In this document: one piece after another, positions 47,367-58,906 of the stretch | Layout of the letters: each line of letters starts with the position of its first letter | Numbering within the stretch: the stretch's first letter is position 1 | NCBI GenBank assembly: GCA_965209055.1 | Contig: OZ242374.1 | Span: forward strand, 5,280,001-5,344,000 | Direction of reading: 5' to 3' | DNA: 64,000 nucleotides | Source of the DNA: Acidobacteriota bacterium | Lineage (GTDB): Bacteria; Acidobacteriota; UBA6911; RPQK01; JAJDTT01 | Translations under genes and position numbers: made by a program | Notes under the pieces: generated by a model | Told to the model about the DNA's origin: nothing | The model's input: the letters and a program-made list of their open reading frames with translations, nothing else | Database searches by the model: none

Positions 47367-49370
47367 ATGACGCGGGTGCTGATTCTTGCTGCTTGGACCA
47401 TGGTCAATATGGGAGCATCCGCCGCCGAAGCTCCCGGGACTGCGAGTTCGGCCCCGTCCCTCGCGGAAAGTATTCAAGCTTGGCAAGGCTCGAATTCGAC
47501 CCGTGCCGGAGCAGACTTCCAAGTGGACACGCCCTATTGCCGATCCATCTGGGACACCCCCGGATGCACGACGGCGGCGACTCTGCCCCAGGTGGTGATG
47601 GGACCCTTGGGAGAAAATATCTCCCGGACCGAGATCGTGGTCACCAACGCGGGGCCGGTCGGGCGTGCATGCGACCTGGCGCTGCTCTTTCACCGGGGCT
47701 CTTTCCAGGCTCCGCTAGCCCTCTTCAACGGCCGGGCAGCGGAGGGGAATTTCATCCGGACGAACCTGCCTGCCGGGGGAGCCCGCATCCTTACCCTGAC
47801 TCCGGCCGATCCGGCGGAATTGGCGGTGGGAGCGGTTTCGGTCTTCACCAGGGCTCCCTGCTCCGCCGACTCTCTGGACGTTCAAGGCCGGTATCTGCTG
47901 GAACACGAATCCACCGGAGAGATCGACGAGATCTTTTCCGTTGCGGGCCAGCGGCCCGGGGAGTGGCTTTCCGACGGCGACTGCCGGGTCCTGACCGGGG
48001 TCTTCGGCCCCGGCCGGGACGTTGGATTGGCGGTGGTGTCCGGAGAGCCGGGACAAGCTGCGCCGCCCGGCACCGAACTACGCTACCGGTCCTTCGACCT
48101 GGACGGGAACCTCATCGGTGAACCTGGCGGACTTCCCGTTTCCGGAGGGCACGAACCCCAGTTTCCCTGGGATTTCAGCGAGCCCGCCATCATCGAGATG
48201 TGTCTGCGGGTCCCGGAGGTCCAGAGCGGCTTCCGCGCCTCCGTCATCGCTATCGGGATCACCGGGACCGGCGACAACATCCAGTGGAGCGACGAGATCC
48301 TGGTGGACAGTCTGAAGCCGTATGACCGGATCGAAAGTGCTCTGGTCTACGATAGCGATCCGGAAACGCGCCTGGGGGACGAGATCTTCGGCGACGTCAT
48401 CGTCGATTTCGAGAACGACGATCCGGGGCGCAACTCCCATGGGGGTCCCGTCTGCATGCAGTACGCCGACGGCCGAATCGTGGCCTTCCATTCCAATGCC
48501 AGCGACCACAACCTGGACGGCTGGAGCGAGTACGCCTACAGCGACGACGGAGCAAGGAGTTGGCAGAGATACAACAAATTCCCGTATTCCTACGACCAAT
48601 ACCTGCGCGATCCGGAGCATCCGGTCTGGGTCGAGGAGGGCCTGGTCACGGAACAGGGCACCGCCGTCCTGTTCCTGACCCATTTCCTTCTGGATAATTC
48701 CCGGACCGGCAGCGGGATCATGGTCAGCCGCGACCACGGCTCAAGCTGGACCGAGTATGCCCCCATCGACGGCGACTTTACCGGGTATCCGTGCGCGGTG
48801 GCGGTAGACGGCCCGACCAACTACGTCCTCTTCGACAGCAACTCGGGTCACCACGTGCTCTACGTCAGCACCGACGACGGGCAGACCTGGACCCGGCGGA
48901 GTAGGTTGGCGCTGGACCCCGACAAGTGGTACGGCGCCCTGTGCATCATGGAGGACGGCCGCCTGCTTGCCGGAGCCTACACCCACCGGGACGAGGACCA
49001 TTTCTACTACACCATCAGCGGGGATCAGGGAGAGACCTGGAGCCCCCAGGAGAGGGCCTACGTGGACCAGAAGATCCGCGATCCGGAACTGGCCTATCTG
49101 GGGGGTAAATACTACCTGCACGGGCGGTCCGGAAGCGTCGGGGAGGGGCGCGGCCGTTTCGTTCTCTACCAGTCCGACGACGGGATCAACTGGAGCGACG
49201 GGATCGTCGTCAGCAGCGACGTCCGGCATCTCGACGGGTACAGCCACAACTGCCTTGTCGATCGGCAGACCGGCGCGCCGAAAGAGTTGATGGTCCAATA
49301 CAGCATCATTTACGACGGCCGAGACACCAACACCTACGCTTTTTTCATCCGGGCCGACCCGGCGCCTTGA
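47367..49370 (+). CDS. Sialidase-like (BNR/Asp-box) protein with N-terminal beta-rich domain
   Basis: Asp-boxes SDDGARSW, SRDHGSSW, STDDGQTW, SGDQGETW, SDDGINW; start uncertain. Confidence 0.75.
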   Translation: MTRVLILAAWTMVNMGASAAEAPGTASSAPSLAESIQAWQGSNSTRAGADFQVDTPYCRSIWDTPGCTTAATLPQVVMGPLGENISRTEIVVTNAGPVGRACDLALLFHRGSFQAPLALFNGRAAEGNFIRTNLPAGGARILTLTPADPAELAVGAVSVFTRAPCSADSLDVQGRYLLEHESTGEIDEIFSVAGQRPGEWLSDGDCRVLTGVFGPGRDVGLAVVSGEPGQAAPPGTELRYRSFDLDGNLIGEPGGLPVSGGHEPQFPWDFSEPAIIEMCLRVPEVQSGFRASVIAIGITGTGDNIQWSDEILVDSLKPYDRIESALVYDSDPETRLGDEIFGDVIVDFENDDPGRNSHGGPVCMQYADGRIVAFHSNASDHNLDGWSEYAYSDDGARSWQRYNKFPYSYDQYLRDPEHPVWVEEGLVTEQGTAVLFLTHFLLDNSRTGSGIMVSRDHGSSWTEYAPIDGDFTGYPCAVAVDGPTNYVLFDSNSGHHVLYVSTDDGQTWTRRSRLALDPDKWYGALCIMEDGRLLAGAYTHRDEDHFYYTISGDQGETWSPQERAYVDQKIRDPELAYLGGKYYLHGRSGSVGEGRGRFVLYQSDDGINWSDGIVVSSDVRHLDGYSHNCLVDRQTGAPKELMVQYSIIYDGRDTNTYAFFIRADPAP

Positions 49371-49431
49371 ATTGGGACGGCGCCGGGGCGATCACTCGCC
49401 GGTGTTCCGCCAGATCGCGTTCTTCAAGCCG

Positions 49432-50139
49432 TTACGCAAATAATTGCCAGACTGCGGATCCCACCATGGTGATGGCGACGGCAGGGAGGAGAAATGCCAG
49501 GGTGGCGCCGACCCGGCCCAGGTCCTTGTCGATGCAGTTGGCCCCGATGCCCAGAACGATGCATTGCCAGATGGTGAAGAGGCTGATGGCGTTCATCCAG
49601 GTCCGCAAGAATCCTTCTCCCAAGAAGGGCAGGAGTGTCCCCACGCTGAGGAACGCAAACAGATCGCCCGATTGAACCTGAATCGGAATGCTGACCAGAC
49701 CGCCGACGGAAGCGATGACTCCGGAGATCAGGACCATGGAGAAATATTGCTTGAAACGTCCTTCGCCCCCCAATATGCCTCGAAACAGGAGCAGGCCCCA
49801 AAGAGCGATCAACAAACCGGTGATGATCGTAGTGAACACGATGGAAAGAAGGTTCGTCACGCTGGTCGCGCTGAAGTCTTGAGAATCCAATTCAGCCGCG
49901 GCCGCGTCACCCCCCGGCATCTTGGAGAGCATGTTGCGAGTCGACTGTTCCATGACCTCGTCGGGAATCAGGAATGCGGTCAACACTCCCAATCCCAACA
50001 CCAGGAGCAACGGCCCCACCCAGGTGGGATTCCCGGCCACGGCCCTCATCACGGCCCGAGGCTGGTAGAAGACGCCGGTGGCCCGCTGAAGAAGCGTCAT
50101 CGATTCAGGTTCGGACGAAGCGGTCTCAAAATCGTTCAC
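49432..50139 (-). CDS. Yip1-domain membrane protein
   Basis: GVFYQP...PTWVGPLL and about five TM segments. Confidence 0.75.
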   Translation of the reverse strand: MNDFETASSEPESMTLLQRATGVFYQPRAVMRAVAGNPTWVGPLLLVLGLGVLTAFLIPDEVMEQSTRNMLSKMPGGDAAAAELDSQDFSATSVTNLLSIVFTTIITGLLIALWGLLLFRGILGGEGRFKQYFSMVLISGVIASVGGLVSIPIQVQSGDLFAFLSVGTLLPFLGEGFLRTWMNAISLFTIWQCIVLGIGANCIDKDLGRVGATLAFLLPAVAITMVGSAVWQLFA

Positions 50140-50173
50140 TGTCCCTCTCTCCTCTCGTGCGAATCGTTCGGAC

Positions 50174-51133
50174 CTATTTCCACGCCGCCCATTTCTCCAG
50201 GTGCAGGTAACGGTCCACCTCCTTCGGGGCCAGCAGCCACATCAGCAGCGCCTTCTGGACGTGGAGCCGGTTCTCCGCCTGTTCGAACACCAGCGAGTAG
50301 GGAGCGTCGATGACCGCGTCGGTCACCTCCTGGTTCCGGTGGGCCGGGAGGCAGTGCATGAAGAAGGAATCCTTTCCGGTCCGGGCCATCAATTCGGGCG
50401 TCACCTGGTAGGGCCGGAATTCGGCCAGCCTCTCCTGAGCCTCGCCTTCCTGGCCCATGCTGACCCAGGTGTCGGTATAGACGGCATCGGCTCCCCGGAT
50501 CCCGTCCGGAGAATCGCTCCAATGACAAGTGGCGCGCTCGTTGGTGGACAATCGCCGGAAATCTTCCTGCCAATCCGGATAGGGCTGCCGACTCTCGGGA
50601 GTCACGGTCGTAAAGCACATGCCCGAGAGGGCGGCCGCATGAACCAGCGACGCGCAGACGTTGTTTCCGTCTCCGATGTAGGCCAGGGTCCGTCCCTCCA
50701 CGTTCGACCACTTCTCCACCAAGGTGAAGATGTCGGCCAAGGCCTGACAGGGGTGCTCCTCGTCGGTCAGGGCGTTGATCACCGAGCAACGGGCATACTC
50801 GGAGAGCTGGATCAGCACCTGGTGGGAGAAGGTGCGGGCCACCAGGCAGTCGAACCAGCGCTCCAGGTTCTTGGCCACGTCGCTCAGAGCCTCCCGCTGT
50901 CCCAGATTGGCCTCCTGGTAGTCGAGATAGACGGCGTCGCCTCCCAACTGCTGGATTCCCAGCTCGAAGGTCAGCCGGGTGCGCAACGACGGCTTCTCGA
51001 AGATCAGGACGATGCTCTTGCCCGGAATCATGCGCCTGAAATTGGATGGCCGCGACTTGACCTCCCGGCTCAGATGCAGGAGCTGGGTCCACTGCCTGGG
51101 GCTCAGGTCTGCCAGAGAGATGAAGTCCCTCAT
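50174..51133 (-). CDS. argF: Ornithine carbamoyltransferase
   Basis: FEKPSLRT, HPCQ, GDGNNV, WVSMG, HCLP, QAENR. Confidence 0.95.
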   Translation of the reverse strand: MRDFISLADLSPRQWTQLLHLSREVKSRPSNFRRMIPGKSIVLIFEKPSLRTRLTFELGIQQLGGDAVYLDYQEANLGQREALSDVAKNLERWFDCLVARTFSHQVLIQLSEYARCSVINALTDEEHPCQALADIFTLVEKWSNVEGRTLAYIGDGNNVCASLVHAAALSGMCFTTVTPESRQPYPDWQEDFRRLSTNERATCHWSDSPDGIRGADAVYTDTWVSMGQEGEAQERLAEFRPYQVTPELMARTGKDSFFMHCLPAHRNQEVTDAVIDAPYSLVFEQAENRLHVQKALLMWLLAPKEVDRYLHLEKWAAWK

Positions 51134-52545
51134 GGCTGGTCCTCCCTTGAATTACTTCCATTCCCGCGGGTCCGGAGCCGGTCCTCCCAGCGGTCGATCT
51201 GCTGCCGGATGGAGGCCAGCCCGGTGCTCCCCGAGTGGAATTTATGATCGAGGGCGCCCTCCGGTTTCAAGACGCCCTGAACGTCCGAACCGCACCGGGG
51301 CGCAAGCTTGCGGATTTCCCGCAAGGAGAGCTGCCGCAACGTCCGGTTATGCTTCACGCAATAGGCCACCAGGCGCCCGACCTGTTCGTGAGCGGTCCGG
51401 AACGGAACCCCCAGGGACACCAGGTGTTCCGCCAGATCCGTGGCGGTGAGGAATCCCCGCTCCAGCGCCGGTCCGATTCGACTCGAAACCACTCGCATCC
51501 GCCTCGCCACCAGGGTCAGGATCCCCAGCGTCTCCCCCACCGTGTCCACGGCGGGAAAGAGGTGCTCCTTGTCCTGCTGCAGGTCGCGGTTGTAGGAACT
51601 GGGCAGGCCCTTGAGAAGGATGGCCATGGCGCTGGCATGCCCCAGCACCGTGGCCGTCTTGCCCCGGCACAGCTCCAGCAGATCCGGATTCTTCTTCTGG
51701 GGCATCATGCTGCTGCCGGTGCAAAGGGACTCGGGAAGCTCCACCCACCCTACCGGCGTGCTGGAGAAATAGATCAGGTCCTCGGCCATGCGGCTGGCGT
51801 GGAGCATGATCTGGGTGGCGATCTGAAGCAGCTCCAGCAGGAAGTCCCGGTCCCCCACCACGTCGTAGCTGTTTTCGAAGCTGGAGGCGAATCCCAGCTC
51901 CCGTGCGGTCCAGCCCGGATCCAGAGGCAAGGTGCTGCCGGCCAGAGCGCCGGCGCCCAGGGGACTGACGCTGTGGAGGCGCCGGTAGGCGGCCAGCCTC
52001 TGGTGGTCCCGGTCGAACATGTCGCAGTAGGCCAGCAGATAATGCGCCCAGGAGACCGGTTGAGCGGCCTGCAGATGGGTCCAGCCGGGGAAGAGCTCGC
52101 GCTCCAGGCTCCGGGCCCGGGCCAATAGACCCTCCTGGACCCGCCGGATCATCTCCTGCCATCCCAGCGCCGCGTCCAGGCAGAACAGCTTCAGATCCAC
52201 GGCCACCTGGTCGTTGCGGCTTCGACCCGTGTGGAGCCGGCGCCCCTCGTCGCCCACCAGCTCACACAGGCGGACCTCGATGTTCATGTGAATGTCTTCC
52301 AGTTCGTCCCGGTACGGAAACTGTCCGGACCGGATCTCCTCCTCAACCTGGTCCAGTCCCTGCAGGATCCGGTCCCGGTCCCCGCGGCTGACGATCCCCT
52401 GCCGGCACAGCATCCTGACGTGGGCCCGGCTGCCCTGGATGTCGTAGCCGGCCAATCGCCGGTCCACATGAAGAGACCGGGTGTAGTCCTGGACCGCCTG
52501 GTCCGGATCTTCCGTGAATCGGCCTGCCCAGGGAGATCGGGTCAT
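51130..52545 (-). CDS. argH: Argininosuccinate lyase
   Basis: WAGRF, EDIHMNIE, HTGRSRNDQ, THLQ-x-AQP, GSSMMPQKKNPD. Confidence 0.96.
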   Translation of the reverse strand: MTRSPWAGRFTEDPDQAVQDYTRSLHVDRRLAGYDIQGSRAHVRMLCRQGIVSRGDRDRILQGLDQVEEEIRSGQFPYRDELEDIHMNIEVRLCELVGDEGRRLHTGRSRNDQVAVDLKLFCLDAALGWQEMIRRVQEGLLARARSLERELFPGWTHLQAAQPVSWAHYLLAYCDMFDRDHQRLAAYRRLHSVSPLGAGALAGSTLPLDPGWTARELGFASSFENSYDVVGDRDFLLELLQIATQIMLHASRMAEDLIYFSSTPVGWVELPESLCTGSSMMPQKKNPDLLELCRGKTATVLGHASAMAILLKGLPSSYNRDLQQDKEHLFPAVDTVGETLGILTLVARRMRVVSSRIGPALERGFLTATDLAEHLVSLGVPFRTAHEQVGRLVAYCVKHNRTLRQLSLREIRKLAPRCGSDVQGVLKPEGALDHKFHSGSTGLASIRQQIDRWEDRLRTRGNGSNSREDQP

Positions 52546-52558
52546 GGTCTTCTGTCTT

Positions 52559-53830
<1,272 letters not shown>

Positions 53831-53843
53831 GCCGGCGGCAGCG

Positions 53844-54287
53844 TCACCGCTCCCGCCGCCAGCCGGGACCTCCACCGCGAGCTCCCAGTTGGCGCTTCAC
53901 CAGACGGGCATCATGGCCGTCGGCAACGACGGCCAGGAGAGTGTCCTCTCCCGCCACGGTGCCCAGGATCCCCGCCAGTCCCATCTCGTCGATCCGGTAG
54001 GCGACTGCCGGAGCCATCCCGGCATCCGTATGCACCACGAGGAGGTTCCCGCTGACCTCGCAACTCCGAAAGAGCGGAGCGCGTCGATTCTCCCGGAACG
54101 CATATTTATACCCGCCCCCATCGTCCACGGTCTTGATCACGCCCAGTTCCTTGAGGTCCCTGGAGAGCGTCGCCTGGGTGACACTCAACCCCTTTTCCAT
54201 TAACGCCTTTCGCAAGGACTTCTGACTGGAAATGGTCTTGGTCTCCACGATTCGGACGATGGCCTCCTGTCTCAGTTTCTTATTCAT
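53844..54287 (-). CDS. argR: Arginine repressor
   Basis: RQEAI, TQATLSRDLKELG, GTVAGEDT. Confidence 0.93.
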   Translation of the reverse strand: MNKKLRQEAIVRIVETKTISSQKSLRKALMEKGLSVTQATLSRDLKELGVIKTVDDGGGYKYAFRENRRAPLFRSCEVSGNLLVVHTDAGMAPAVAYRIDEMGLAGILGTVAGEDTLLAVVADGHDARLVKRQLGARGGGPGWRRER

Positions 54288-54297
54288 TTCCAGGAAG

Positions 54298-54315
54298 AAT
54301 GCAATTTTATACAGG
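54298..54315. promoter_or_regulatory. ARG box (ArgR operator)
   Basis: TGCAATTTTATACA (54300-54313) fits TGMAT-W4-ATKCA with two mismatches, 12 bp upstream of argR. Confidence 0.65.
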
Positions 54316-54369
54316 ATTCCCCCCCGGAGTCAAACCGGGAGAACTGAGTATCCGGGCGGACGTCCGGAA

Positions 54370-55452
54370 TCAGGCGATTTTCTTGAAGGTGCTGTAGACG
54401 GAGTTTCTTTGAGCGGGAGTGAAGCCGGCGTCGAGGATCAATTGAACCAGATCGGAGCGCCGGGCCGTGTAATGGGCGCCGGCGGTGCTGATCACGTTCT
54501 CCTCGATCATGATGCTGCCCACGTCATTGGCACCGAAATGGAGCGCGATCTGGCCCACCTGGAGACCCTGGGTCAACCAGGAGACCTGGAGGTTGACGAT
54601 GTTGTCCAGGTAGATCCGGGCGACCGCCAAGAGGGTGAGGTATTCCACCGCCGCAACCTCCCGCTGGATGGACTGCTGCATGGGGGTCCCCTCCAACTGG
54701 ACGTTCCACGGGATGAAGGCCACGAACCCTCCCGTCTCATCCTGGAGGCTGCGGATGCCCTCCAGGTGCTCGACCCGCTCCCGGAGGGATTCGCCGCCGC
54801 CGATCATCATGGTGGCGGTGGTGGGCAGCCCCTCTTCGTGGCCGACCCGCATCACCTCCAACCACTGCCGGGCGGTGCACTTGCCGGGACTGATTTCCCG
54901 GCGCATCCGCTCGGTCAGGATCTCGGCGCCGCCGCCGGGAATGGATTGGAGTCCCGCCGCCTTCAGCCTTCGAATCGACTCCCGGAGGGAGAGCCGGCTG
55001 AGCCGGGCCAGGACGACGATCTCCGGCGGAGAAAAGCAGTGCAGGTGGATGGCGGGGTAGCGTTCCCGAATGGAGCTGAGCAGTTCTTCGTAGTAGTCGA
55101 TCTTGAGTTCGGGGTGCATGCCCCCCTGCATCAGAATTCCGGTCCCGCCGAGGGCCAGGGTCTCCTCGATTTTCTTGAAGATGGTCTCGTTGGACAGGAC
55201 GTAGCCCTCGTCATGGCCGGGCCGCCGGTAGAAATTGCAGAAGGTGCAACGGGCGACGCACACGTTGGTGTAGTTGACGTTCCGGTCCACCAGGAAGGAG
55301 ACGACGCCGTCCGGATGCAGTCTGCGCCGCATCCAGTCGGCGGCCTGGCCCAACTGCTGGAGTTCACCGGACTTCAATAGAACGAGAGCATCGGACGCCT
55401 CCAACCGCTGTCCGCGGTACACACCCTCCAGGATGCTCTCCGGCGTCTTCAT
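54370..55452 (-). CDS. mqnC: Cyclic dehypoxanthinyl futalosine synthase (radical SAM)
   Basis: DRNVNYTNVCVARCTFC, LMQGG, SIPGGGAEIL, FGANDVGSIMIEENV. Confidence 0.88.
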   Translation of the reverse strand: MKTPESILEGVYRGQRLEASDALVLLKSGELQQLGQAADWMRRRLHPDGVVSFLVDRNVNYTNVCVARCTFCNFYRRPGHDEGYVLSNETIFKKIEETLALGGTGILMQGGMHPELKIDYYEELLSSIRERYPAIHLHCFSPPEIVVLARLSRLSLRESIRRLKAAGLQSIPGGGAEILTERMRREISPGKCTARQWLEVMRVGHEEGLPTTATMMIGGGESLRERVEHLEGIRSLQDETGGFVAFIPWNVQLEGTPMQQSIQREVAAVEYLTLLAVARIYLDNIVNLQVSWLTQGLQVGQIALHFGANDVGSIMIEENVISTAGAHYTARRSDLVQLILDAGFTPAQRNSVYSTFKKIA

Positions 55453-55628
55453 GACCAGCGTATTCTAGCAGCCTGCGCCGAAACCCGCCGTGGCGCGACA
55501 CCGGCCGCAACGCCCCGCTTTCTCTGTCTTCTCTTCACTCTTTCCTCATTTTCTTTTCCCTCTGTTACAATCGCGCGGATCGGCAAGTTGCCCGAAACCT
55601 GCTTGCCGGACCCGTACAGGGCAGGATC

Positions 55629-55826
55629 ATGATCTGGACACCTCTCGCCTACCTGGATCCCGGATCGGGGAGTCTCTTTCTTCAACTGCTGCTGGGGGGC
55701 ATCGCGGGAGTGGCCGTCTTGGGAAAAGTCGTCTGGCACCGGATCAAGTCTGCCCTTGGAGTGCGGTCCGCCGCTCCGGAGAAGGCCGCCGCATCCCTGG
55801 AGCGGACCGGCCGGAAGACGGAATAA
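55629..55826 (+). CDS. Small membrane protein with AYLDPGSGS motif
   Basis: AYLDPGSGSLFLQLLLGG + TM; AGGA RBS; directly upstream of the methyltransferase. Confidence 0.75.
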   Translation: MIWTPLAYLDPGSGSLFLQLLLGGIAGVAVLGKVVWHRIKSALGVRSAAPEKAAASLERTGRKTE

Positions 55827-55869
55827 CGGATCTCGAGCATCCCGGTCCGACGAAAATCGTTCCTTTCCC

Positions 55870-57270
55870 ATGTCTGAAGTCCGAAGCGAGCCTGGATCGT
55901 TCCGCGATCGCCATGGCCGCGTCTTCTACCGGGACGGGGCCGTCTATCGCTCCCTGAGCCGGCAAGCCGTCGAAGCCTGGGAAAGGTTGGAGAAGACCCG
56001 ATTCTTTCCCCGGCTGGTGGATGAGGGCCTGATCGTCAGAACCCGTCGCGTGGACGCCGACGGATTGGCGTCCACGGATGCGCCGCCCGGAGACTGGGCG
56101 GGCATTCTGCACCACGAGACCGTCCCCTACGTCTCCTATCCCTACGAGTGGTCGTTCCGGATGCTGCAGGATGCCGCCCTGCTGCAGCTCCGGCTGATCT
56201 CCGAGTCTCTGGCCGAAGGGATGATCCTCAAGGACGCCACCCCCTACAACGTTCAGTGGAACGGGAGCCGGCCGGTCTTCATCGACATTCCCTCCTTTGA
56301 ACCCTTGCCGCCGGGCGGAGCCTGGACCGGATACCGGCAATTCTGCAGCCTCTACCTGTACCCGCTGATGTTGCAGGCCTATCGAAACCTGCCGTTCCAG
56401 CACTGGCTCAGGGGGAGTCTCGACGGAATCTCGCCGCGAGAGTGCCGGGACGTACTCTCCACCCGGGATCTGTTCCGCTCCGGAGTCCTCCCTCACGTCT
56501 GGCTCCAGAGCCGCTTCCAGGAGAAATACGGCGCGCGCAAGGAGAGCGCCAGCCAGCTTCTCAAGGACGCCGGCTTCAACCGGAAGGCGATCCTCTCCAA
56601 CGTCAGCCGTCTGACCCGGCTGGTTTCACGACTGAGATGGACACCCCCCGCCTCCCAGTGGACCGGATATGCCGGGGACAACACCTATTCCGGGCCGGAC
56701 CGGGAAGCCAAACGGGAATTCGTCCGCTGGGCGGTGGATCGAAAGCGATGGAAGACGACCTGGGACCTGGGAGCCAACACGGGCGACTACTCGCGACTGG
56801 CCGCCGCCGGGTCAGAGTACGTCCTGGCCCTGGAGCGGGACTCGGCCTCGGTGGACCTCCTCTACCGGGACCTGCGCCGGGAGGGTCCCGGCAACATACT
56901 TCCGCTGGTGGTCAACCTGGCCGATCCCTCGCCGTCACTGGGATGGCGTTGCCGGGAAAGGACCTCCCTCACGGAGCGAGGATCCCCGCAATTGGTCCTC
57001 TCCCTGGCGCTGATCCATCACATGGTCATCGCCGCCAACATTCCACTGGCGGAGTTCGTCGAATGGCTTTCGGGGCTGGGAGGCTCACTGGTCATCGAGT
57101 TCGTGCGCCGGGACGACCCCATGGTCCGGATGCTCCTGCGGAACAAGGAGGACCAGTACACCGACTACCGGATGGAGTCCTTCGAGGAGTGCCTGGGAAA
57201 TTTCTTCCGGGTCCACCGGCGCCGGGAACTGCCCTCCGGGTCCAGGGTCCTCTACTTCGCGGAGGCATGA
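55870..57270 (+). CDS. SAM-dependent methyltransferase (NoeA-like)
   Basis: SFRD, SYPYEW, LKDATPYN, DLGANTG, LALIHH. Confidence 0.8.
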   Translation: MSEVRSEPGSFRDRHGRVFYRDGAVYRSLSRQAVEAWERLEKTRFFPRLVDEGLIVRTRRVDADGLASTDAPPGDWAGILHHETVPYVSYPYEWSFRMLQDAALLQLRLISESLAEGMILKDATPYNVQWNGSRPVFIDIPSFEPLPPGGAWTGYRQFCSLYLYPLMLQAYRNLPFQHWLRGSLDGISPRECRDVLSTRDLFRSGVLPHVWLQSRFQEKYGARKESASQLLKDAGFNRKAILSNVSRLTRLVSRLRWTPPASQWTGYAGDNTYSGPDREAKREFVRWAVDRKRWKTTWDLGANTGDYSRLAAAGSEYVLALERDSASVDLLYRDLRREGPGNILPLVVNLADPSPSLGWRCRERTSLTERGSPQLVLSLALIHHMVIAANIPLAEFVEWLSGLGGSLVIEFVRRDDPMVRMLLRNKEDQYTDYRMESFEECLGNFFRVHRRRELPSGSRVLYFAEA

Positions 57271-57299
57271 CCGGTCACGGCGGTGCCTTCCGACTCCAC

Positions 57300-57372
57300 T
57301 CTCGATCAGAACGGACTTGACTGCCGCCGTCGCCCGGTCAGGGTAGTCCCCCGCGTATTGAGGCTCTGTCAC
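57300..57372 (-). pseudogene. Truncated N-terminus of the AbiEi partner (nucleotidyltransferase toxin)
   Basis: GTGA overlap with the AbiEi stop; (M)TEPQYAGDYPDRATAAVKSVLIE, then the frame runs antisense into the methyltransferase. Confidence 0.55.
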
Positions 57373-58475
57373 AACCACGGAAAGCACCTTGAGGCCAAGT
57401 GGTCGGCAGCCTCACGTTCTCGATCATTGCCGAGCCAGAGATCGAGGTATGTGACGATCGGACTGGTGCAGAATATGCCCGGCGCCGGCTGAACGGCGTC
57501 CTCGAGCAAACTCTCATCGTTCGGGATGCACACGACTACATTCGTTCCTTTTTCGGTATGAACAAGCTTCAACGCCTGCTCCAGCATCCGAGCACCAGAC
57601 TCGTCGGCGTAGAAGCTGTGTGTGCCGCCCCGGGCGAAGGGCGCGATCCATTGGGCGGCCGAGTTTGACGAGAAAACTGCGCGTGGAAGCTGGGGTTCCG
57701 GATTCAGCTTTCCCGACAACTGTTTGCTGAGCTGCTCGCCGTGCAAGAGCGTATATCCGCTAATGCGGCGACCCGCCGGCTCGCGGTATTCGTCGCGCCA
57801 TGTCCTCAATAACGTATTCGGTTGGACAAGGATGGTGCCGTCCGTCCCGTTTTCGATCCATTCTCGTGCGAGCAGGGCTTTACGGACGTTGCTCACATGG
57901 CCAAGGCTCGCATTGGCCGCTTCCGCCAGGTCGGTGACACGCCATGGCTGACCAGGATCGCGAAGGAGCACCCGCAGAATTGCCGCCGCCTTCGGGGCGA
58001 AGATCGACCTTAGAGCACGGGTTTCGGGCTTGGGCCTGTCCGCAACCGCCCGATCGATATACACATTGTCGAAAGCGAGGTGAGCGTTTCCGACCATGTC
58101 CAGGTAGGCAATATCGTGGTCCACGCAGATCGATCGAGACTCGGGAGACAGGTAGGGACTCACGAGCATGGGGATCAAACGTCCGTCGGAATCCCCGTGA
58201 CCGGACTGACGAGCATGGGCCAAGTAGCCTTTGAGTTCATAGACCGCAGACCGTACGAAACGGGGTGCACCGTTCGACTTGAATTCGATGACGAGTGCAT
58301 AGGTGTCCTCACCATGGTCGAACTCGATACGTCCGTCTATGGGATAGTCGCTTCCACGCCACTGTTCGTGCTGAACTGAACTGGTAACAAGGTGCGGCAC
58401 ATGGGTGAGCAGGTCACGCGCCGCATGCACGGCGGCGACCTGCAGATCTTTTACTGATTTCTGTTTTTTCAGCAT
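57369..58475 (-). CDS. Type IV TA antitoxin AbiEi-family protein
   Basis: PYLSP, YLD-x2-GN, wHTH (WRVTDLAEAANASLGHVS), SPIVTYLDL...R-x-REAA. Confidence 0.8.
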   Translation of the reverse strand: MLKKQKSVKDLQVAAVHAARDLLTHVPHLVTSSVQHEQWRGSDYPIDGRIEFDHGEDTYALVIEFKSNGAPRFVRSAVYELKGYLAHARQSGHGDSDGRLIPMLVSPYLSPESRSICVDHDIAYLDMVGNAHLAFDNVYIDRAVADRPKPETRALRSIFAPKAAAILRVLLRDPGQPWRVTDLAEAANASLGHVSNVRKALLAREWIENGTDGTILVQPNTLLRTWRDEYREPAGRRISGYTLLHGEQLSKQLSGKLNPEPQLPRAVFSSNSAAQWIAPFARGGTHSFYADESGARMLEQALKLVHTEKGTNVVVCIPNDESLLEDAVQPAPGIFCTSPIVTYLDLWLGNDREREAADHLASRCFPWL

Positions 58476-58553
58476 GTATTGAAAATACTGAATTGTAGTG
58501 AAAATTCCAAGAGACTTTCACTAATATAGGGTTTTCAACGATTTGCTGAAAAA
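58466..58553. promoter_or_regulatory. Long imperfect inverted repeat over the AbiEi promoter (likely operator)
   Basis: TTTTTCAGCA..TTGAAAA..TAGTGAAA / TTTCACTA..TTTTCAA..TGCTGAAAAA. Confidence 0.6.
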
Positions 58554-58635
58554 AGAGCATGGTGACAGCGCCAATGGAAGAAATATGGACCGGGAGCGAC
58601 GCTTGGAGGGTTGGAGGGCGAGTGTTGAAAACACG

Positions 58636-58812
58636 CTAGGCCAACACGGAGCGTTTGACACGTATGGTGACCTGCTCCGTAAGGTCAGGCTGAACGAGTT
58701 CCGCCTGCCGCCAGAAGGTCTCGTCCAACTCGGGGATATCGCCGAAGTCGATGTTCTCGTCCTTCGTGGCTGCGATCTCTGTGGGGCTAAGGGGCCTATC
58801 GTGTTCGCTCAT
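58636..58812 (-). pseudogene. Truncated BrnA-family antitoxin
   Basis: DENIDFGDIPELDETFW...QVTIRV...VLA* ends before the C-terminal helix; no intact BrnT. Confidence 0.65.
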
Positions 58813-58906
58813 CGTAAGCCTTATAACACGACTGGTTTTCAGGTAGCGTGCCAAGGGGCTAGAATGGGGGCAACTCGCTTGCCTCTTCAGTACTCAGGAG
58901 TGTCCC

